Source: Azolla caroliniana
Taxonomy: Eukaryota; Plantae; Polypodiophyta
Assembly: GCA_043228905.1 (NCBI GenBank)
Contig: JBHGNT010000004.1
Location: 2,232,001-2,296,000, forward strand
Reading direction: 5' to 3'
Length of the DNA: 64,000 bases
Positions within the stretch are counted from its first letter, which is position 1; every line of letters starts with the position of its first letter. Shown here piece after piece: positions 59,742-64,000 of this stretch. Position numbers and translations under genes: made by a program. The notes beneath the pieces were generated by a model, which was not told the DNA's origin, ran no database searches, and saw only the letters and a program-made list of their open reading frames with translations.

Positions 59742-61535
59742 AATTAATTCCCAAATGCCCCTAAGTTCTCATTATTTCATGTAGTCCTACTAGATCAACA
59801 ACACATTGTGTTCTTAACAAAGTGGAAAACACGTTATTCTTTATTTCCTCTAATTCCTCTAAATTCTTATTATTTCCTGAAGTGCCCTAGATAAACCCCC
59901 CTCTCACACAACTTTACGTTGTTTTCTCATATGTTGAATTCATTCCCTTATTGTAAACTATATGTGCTATTTAGTATTTGAGGAGTTATATGGCCTATGA
60001 ATTTGAAGTTGTAGCTACAAGTTGTCTTACAAATGTTCACAATGAAGAAGTTTGGTACTCTAGGCCCTTGTTACTTGATATTTGTTAGTAGTTATATTGT
60101 CACTCATGTCCTAATTTCCTCACATGTAATGCTTTGACATTGTGCTTTAGTATGTAATTAATTGTCCTAAGGAGACACTTACAGCCTTCTTTTCACAAAA
60201 TGACTTTACAAGTCTCACAAAAGAGGTGTGATGAGCAATCGTAGGAAAAGTTTTGAGTCCAAGGATAATTAGGCATATTTGATAGAAACCAAGTCTGAAT
60301 TCATTCCCTACTCATGCCACACCATACAATGCATACATTTAGGCAGTAAATTGTTTCTTTAGAGTGGACATTTGAAACATAAGAGATTGGTTAATTGTAG
60401 TCCCACATTTTCTCATGTTTTCCCAAAAGGTTGGAATATACAAACCAATGAGCTACCCCTCTCCACCATCCCATGATGTCTTGCTTCATTTCCTCTCTAA
60501 GTAATCATGTATAAGTTGTACATGTGAATGTAATCATGCAATACCATTCATAGTTTGTTGGAAGCAACACAAGTGTTGCTGACTTGAGCATCAATAGGAC
60601 TCCTCACATCAGAAAATGCGGCTTTGGATGATATTTAGTACAGTAATTTAGGCATCAAGCATATAATGGTGATTTTGGAGCTTTGCCAAAGCACGGTCTT
60701 CGAAGGACGAGTCTCTCTTCGAGTCAAGACGAGGAGAAGTGAGAAATCGAATGGAAAATAAAAAAAATTTTAAATCAAGAAGGCAACACTACCAATAAGT
60801 ACATAAATAAAAAAATTTGTTAATTAAATATGTAAACGAATCAATAATAGATAGATATGTAGATAAATAAAATAACTTAATAATTAGATTAATAAGTTAA
60901 AAAATTAATAGATAGATAAATAAGTAAGTAAATAAATTATTAGATTAATAAATTAAAGGAAACTGAAAAAAAGGTAGGAATCGACGCCATTGATATGAAC
61001 CTCAAGTCGTGACGATTGACGAACAAACTCCGTCTCCGTCTCTCTCTGTCTCTCTCTCTCCGCGGCTCTGTCTCCTCCCACAGGAAGGCAAAAGCAAAAG
61101 CAAAAGCAAAGGCAATAGCAAAAATGCAGAAACGCAGAGCCCAAATCCAAATGAACAGGCCGCGCATGGGTGGCTAATTCGCTACAGAGATGATCATCCC
61201 ATACTAAGGTACTCCTCACTGGATGCATCTACGACTGCAACATCAACACTAATCTCAATCTCTCTTCATTCCAAACGATTCATCAATAACCTTTTAAATA
61301 CTTGTTGTTGGCATTATAGGTTAGTTTCTGGCCCTTATATATATAGATAGATTTTTTTTATCAGAAAGGAGCTCGCATGATGATAATGATGATGATGGAG
61401 ATGGTGATGATGCGCATGATCATATCATGGAAGATAGCTTGATCATGACAACCAGCGAAACGATGCCTTACATAGCATAGAAGGAGACAGAGAAAGATAT
61501 AGAAGAGAAGAAGATAAAGTTCTAACATAGTAATC

Positions 61536-63026
61536 ATGGCCCATAAGCAGATAAGTGATGGAGACAAGGACCAGGGAGTGAGGGAGAATTCAGCGAGTTC
61601 TGCGGTCCGATCGTTGCCGCCCATATCGGGCCGGCACATGCACCCTGGTGACCCGGCCATCAGGTCATCAGGTGTGAAAGCGTCTGATGGGGCCGGAAAT
61701 CGATACAATGGCGATCGGCAACAGCCTACTACAACCTCATCGGGACCAATGCCCGGACGCCTCATCCGGGCGGTCGGACACATCTCCCCCGCTCGTCGCT
61801 CCTTCTATGGCAAAGACTCCCAACCCGGGCCCGCTTCTTACAACATAAACGCTCGCTTCACCCGGCCATCGCCCCCTTCTTTCTCCTTCGGCTCGCAACT
61901 CCCGACCTCCCTCAAAGACTCGGCTTACACCCCGGGCCCAGGCGCATACTCCCTCCGTGGCTCGTTGCTCGGACCTTCCTTCTCGATCAGCGGTAGAGAA
62001 TCCGACGGCTCGAAGCGCTCCGACACCCCGGGGCCTGGTGCGTACCACAAGAGCAATGGTGTCTACGGCCCTGCATTCTCATTAGCCGCCCGGATCCCCG
62101 CGTGCCGCCGATCGGCTAGCCCCGGGCCCGGGGATTACCACCACGTCAACAAACCCGCGGGACCGGCATTCAGCCTCCTCAGCCGGCTTCAGACCGCTCG
62201 CATCGAAAGCACGCCCGGCCCAGGGGCATACAATAACCCGGCCGCCTCGACATCCCGGCCTTCCTCGCCCGCATTCTCTATCACCAGCAAGGCCGTGGAC
62301 CGGACCAAGGATCAAGCCCCCGGCCCCGGGAGCTACTCCCTCCCGACAACCCTAGAAGGGCCATCCTTCAGCCTCTTGGCGAAGGTCGGGCCACCACCGA
62401 CCAAGGCAGGCGAAACACCGGGCCCCGGCCGCTACAATCTCCGCACTCGGCCCGACTCACCCGCATTCAGCTTCGGAACGAAGCTCATAGATCAAGCGAA
62501 TGCGGCCGACCGGTCGAGGTCACCGGGGCCAGGGCAGTATTACACGAGAGGCACGGCCACCAGCTGCGGAAGCGGCCGGAGCAGCAGCTTGAGCTTTACA
62601 TTCGGGATGAGGGTGCCAGGTGGCAAGCGCGCGATGGGACCGGGGCCCGGGAGCTACGAATACGTAAGCAAGCCAGGCGGGCCCTCCCATTCGCTACATT
62701 GGCGGTTCGACAGCCGGAACGGTATGAACACGAGATGTGGTCCGGGACCGGGAGCCTATAATGTGGTCACGAAGCCAGACGGGCCCGCAATGTCTCTAGG
62801 GGGCCGAACCGGAGTTTCACATTGGCACTCTCAAACCCCAGGGCCGGGTGCGTATGAGCCCAGTCGTCAATTCGTTACACACGCGGCACCCAAGTTTACC
62901 CTAGGCCATCGTCTCCACGCATCCTTGGGTTGCGGTGGGGAACTAGAAACGAGGCCGGGTCCCGGCGCATATAGCCCTTTTATCCGCTCTGGTGCACCTG
63001 CGTTTTCGATGCTTTCTCGCTTTTGA
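61536..63026 (+). CDS. ODF3: SHIPPO/PGPGxY-repeat protein, ODF3 (CIMAP1)-like axonemal protein, 496 aa, single ORF
   Basis: 12 PGP(G/A)xY repeats, each followed by a P(A/S)FS-type motif; long intact ORF. Confidence 0.8.
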   Translation: MAHKQISDGDKDQGVRENSASSAVRSLPPISGRHMHPGDPAIRSSGVKASDGAGNRYNGDRQQPTTTSSGPMPGRLIRAVGHISPARRSFYGKDSQPGPASYNINARFTRPSPPSFSFGSQLPTSLKDSAYTPGPGAYSLRGSLLGPSFSISGRESDGSKRSDTPGPGAYHKSNGVYGPAFSLAARIPACRRSASPGPGDYHHVNKPAGPAFSLLSRLQTARIESTPGPGAYNNPAASTSRPSSPAFSITSKAVDRTKDQAPGPGSYSLPTTLEGPSFSLLAKVGPPPTKAGETPGPGRYNLRTRPDSPAFSFGTKLIDQANAADRSRSPGPGQYYTRGTATSCGSGRSSSLSFTFGMRVPGGKRAMGPGPGSYEYVSKPGGPSHSLHWRFDSRNGMNTRCGPGPGAYNVVTKPDGPAMSLGGRTGVSHWHSQTPGPGAYEPSRQFVTHAAPKFTLGHRLHASLGCGGELETRPGPGAYSPFIRSGAPAFSMLSRF

Positions 63027-64000
63027 GACCCTTCTCCTAGGCTATATTTTCAAGTAGTGATCTTCTATCCCCTCAAAAGCCCCATTTGTATACCTAATCT
63101 TTCAAGAACAAACTCTTTTAAATGAACACACAATAAGAGTACAAGGAAAACAAGATTCACATAGACATAACAAATTAATGACTTTAAAAGAAAGCCAGCT
63201 TATTTTGCTTTTTCATCCCTTAGTTAAGGTCTCGACTCTGCTTGTTTTCCTTCTGTTTACTCAAATCAGTTTTTTGTTCCTTCTCTCTCAACATCCTTGT
63301 CCGTCATTGTTACTTCCAGGAACATTTTCTGGTACATCTTTCGTCTCACACTTTGGATGTTCTTCTAGGTTCGTCGCACATTCTATATTCATCTCCCATA
63401 TAAGAGAAGGGGTATAGCTCTAACATGTTCTTTATAGAAATCTATATATGCTTGTATTCACTACCTTATACTATGGAACATGTCAATATCGATTTTACAT
63501 TGTATCAAGTTATAAACAATCTTATAGGGTCACTCACTAAATTTATGAAGAGTTTTTTTTTCATAATGGGGATGCTCTTTTTTGTTCGTGTAACTTCTAA
63601 AATTTGTGCATTTGTCTTTGTTCTTAAGCAATATCTTAACATAAAGCATGAAAACCCAACATAAGGATTTCATCACATAATGACATCAAATGTGGATTTT
63701 GGGATAAAGAATAAGCTCAAGTATCACTAGACTAGTTACAACACTTACATTCACATTACATCAACATTCATTATCTTACATATATTAAGTAAAAGCACAA
63801 ACCTTATGATAGCGATAATGCACATTACATCAATATGTGTAGAATTTTTTGACCTTTCCATAACTCTTCCAAAGTGAGAGTTAATGGGCCATTAATACAA
63901 TTCATAGACTAAGTAATGGTACATGCACAAATATCCACAGAACTTCCCATATCTATAATTCTAGAGTTTGGAGTAAAAACAATATCTAATTTACACATGA

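Noticed and set aside
60940-61350. Small ORFs with a signal-peptide-like start
   Set aside because: Driven by (TTTTGC)n and CT microsatellites; more likely promoter or UTR sequence.

Overview
Eukaryotic, most likely land-plant, repeat-rich DNA. Roughly the first 59 kb is a nest of transposons, and one intact host gene lies near the right end (a PGPGxY/SHIPPO-repeat, ODF3-like axonemal protein at 61536-63026, which suggests a plant with flagellated sperm). The nest can be resolved by target-site duplications (TSDs). An LTR (C) contains Gypsy A (6685-47744, TSD ACGG). A contains Gypsy B (12007-40126, TSD GCGT), B contains Gypsy D (18799-38000, TSD ACGC), and D contains a 12.2-kb DNA transposon (23236-35397, 25-bp TIRs, TSD TGGT). 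A young, intact Copia element (42275-47601, TSD CTTTC) sits in the 3' LTR of A. The most unusual object is the 12.2-kb Sola2-like transposon. Besides a spliced transposase it carries, convergently, a 5-exon RING-finger gene and an FCP1/CTD-phosphatase-like ORF with an altered catalytic motif. Two of its large introns are filled with arrays of the palindrome TAGCTAATTAGCTA, which also occurs next to both TIRs. Other notable points: the Gypsy family makes 4-bp CG-centred (NCGN) TSDs and has hit the same protease codons more than once; it has a tRNA-Trp-type PBS and a likely -1 frameshift after the protease; a second TIR element carries a different palindrome array; and one LTR family carries a tRNA-like (A/B-box) segment. 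All family assignments come from motif recognition by eye, not from database searches.
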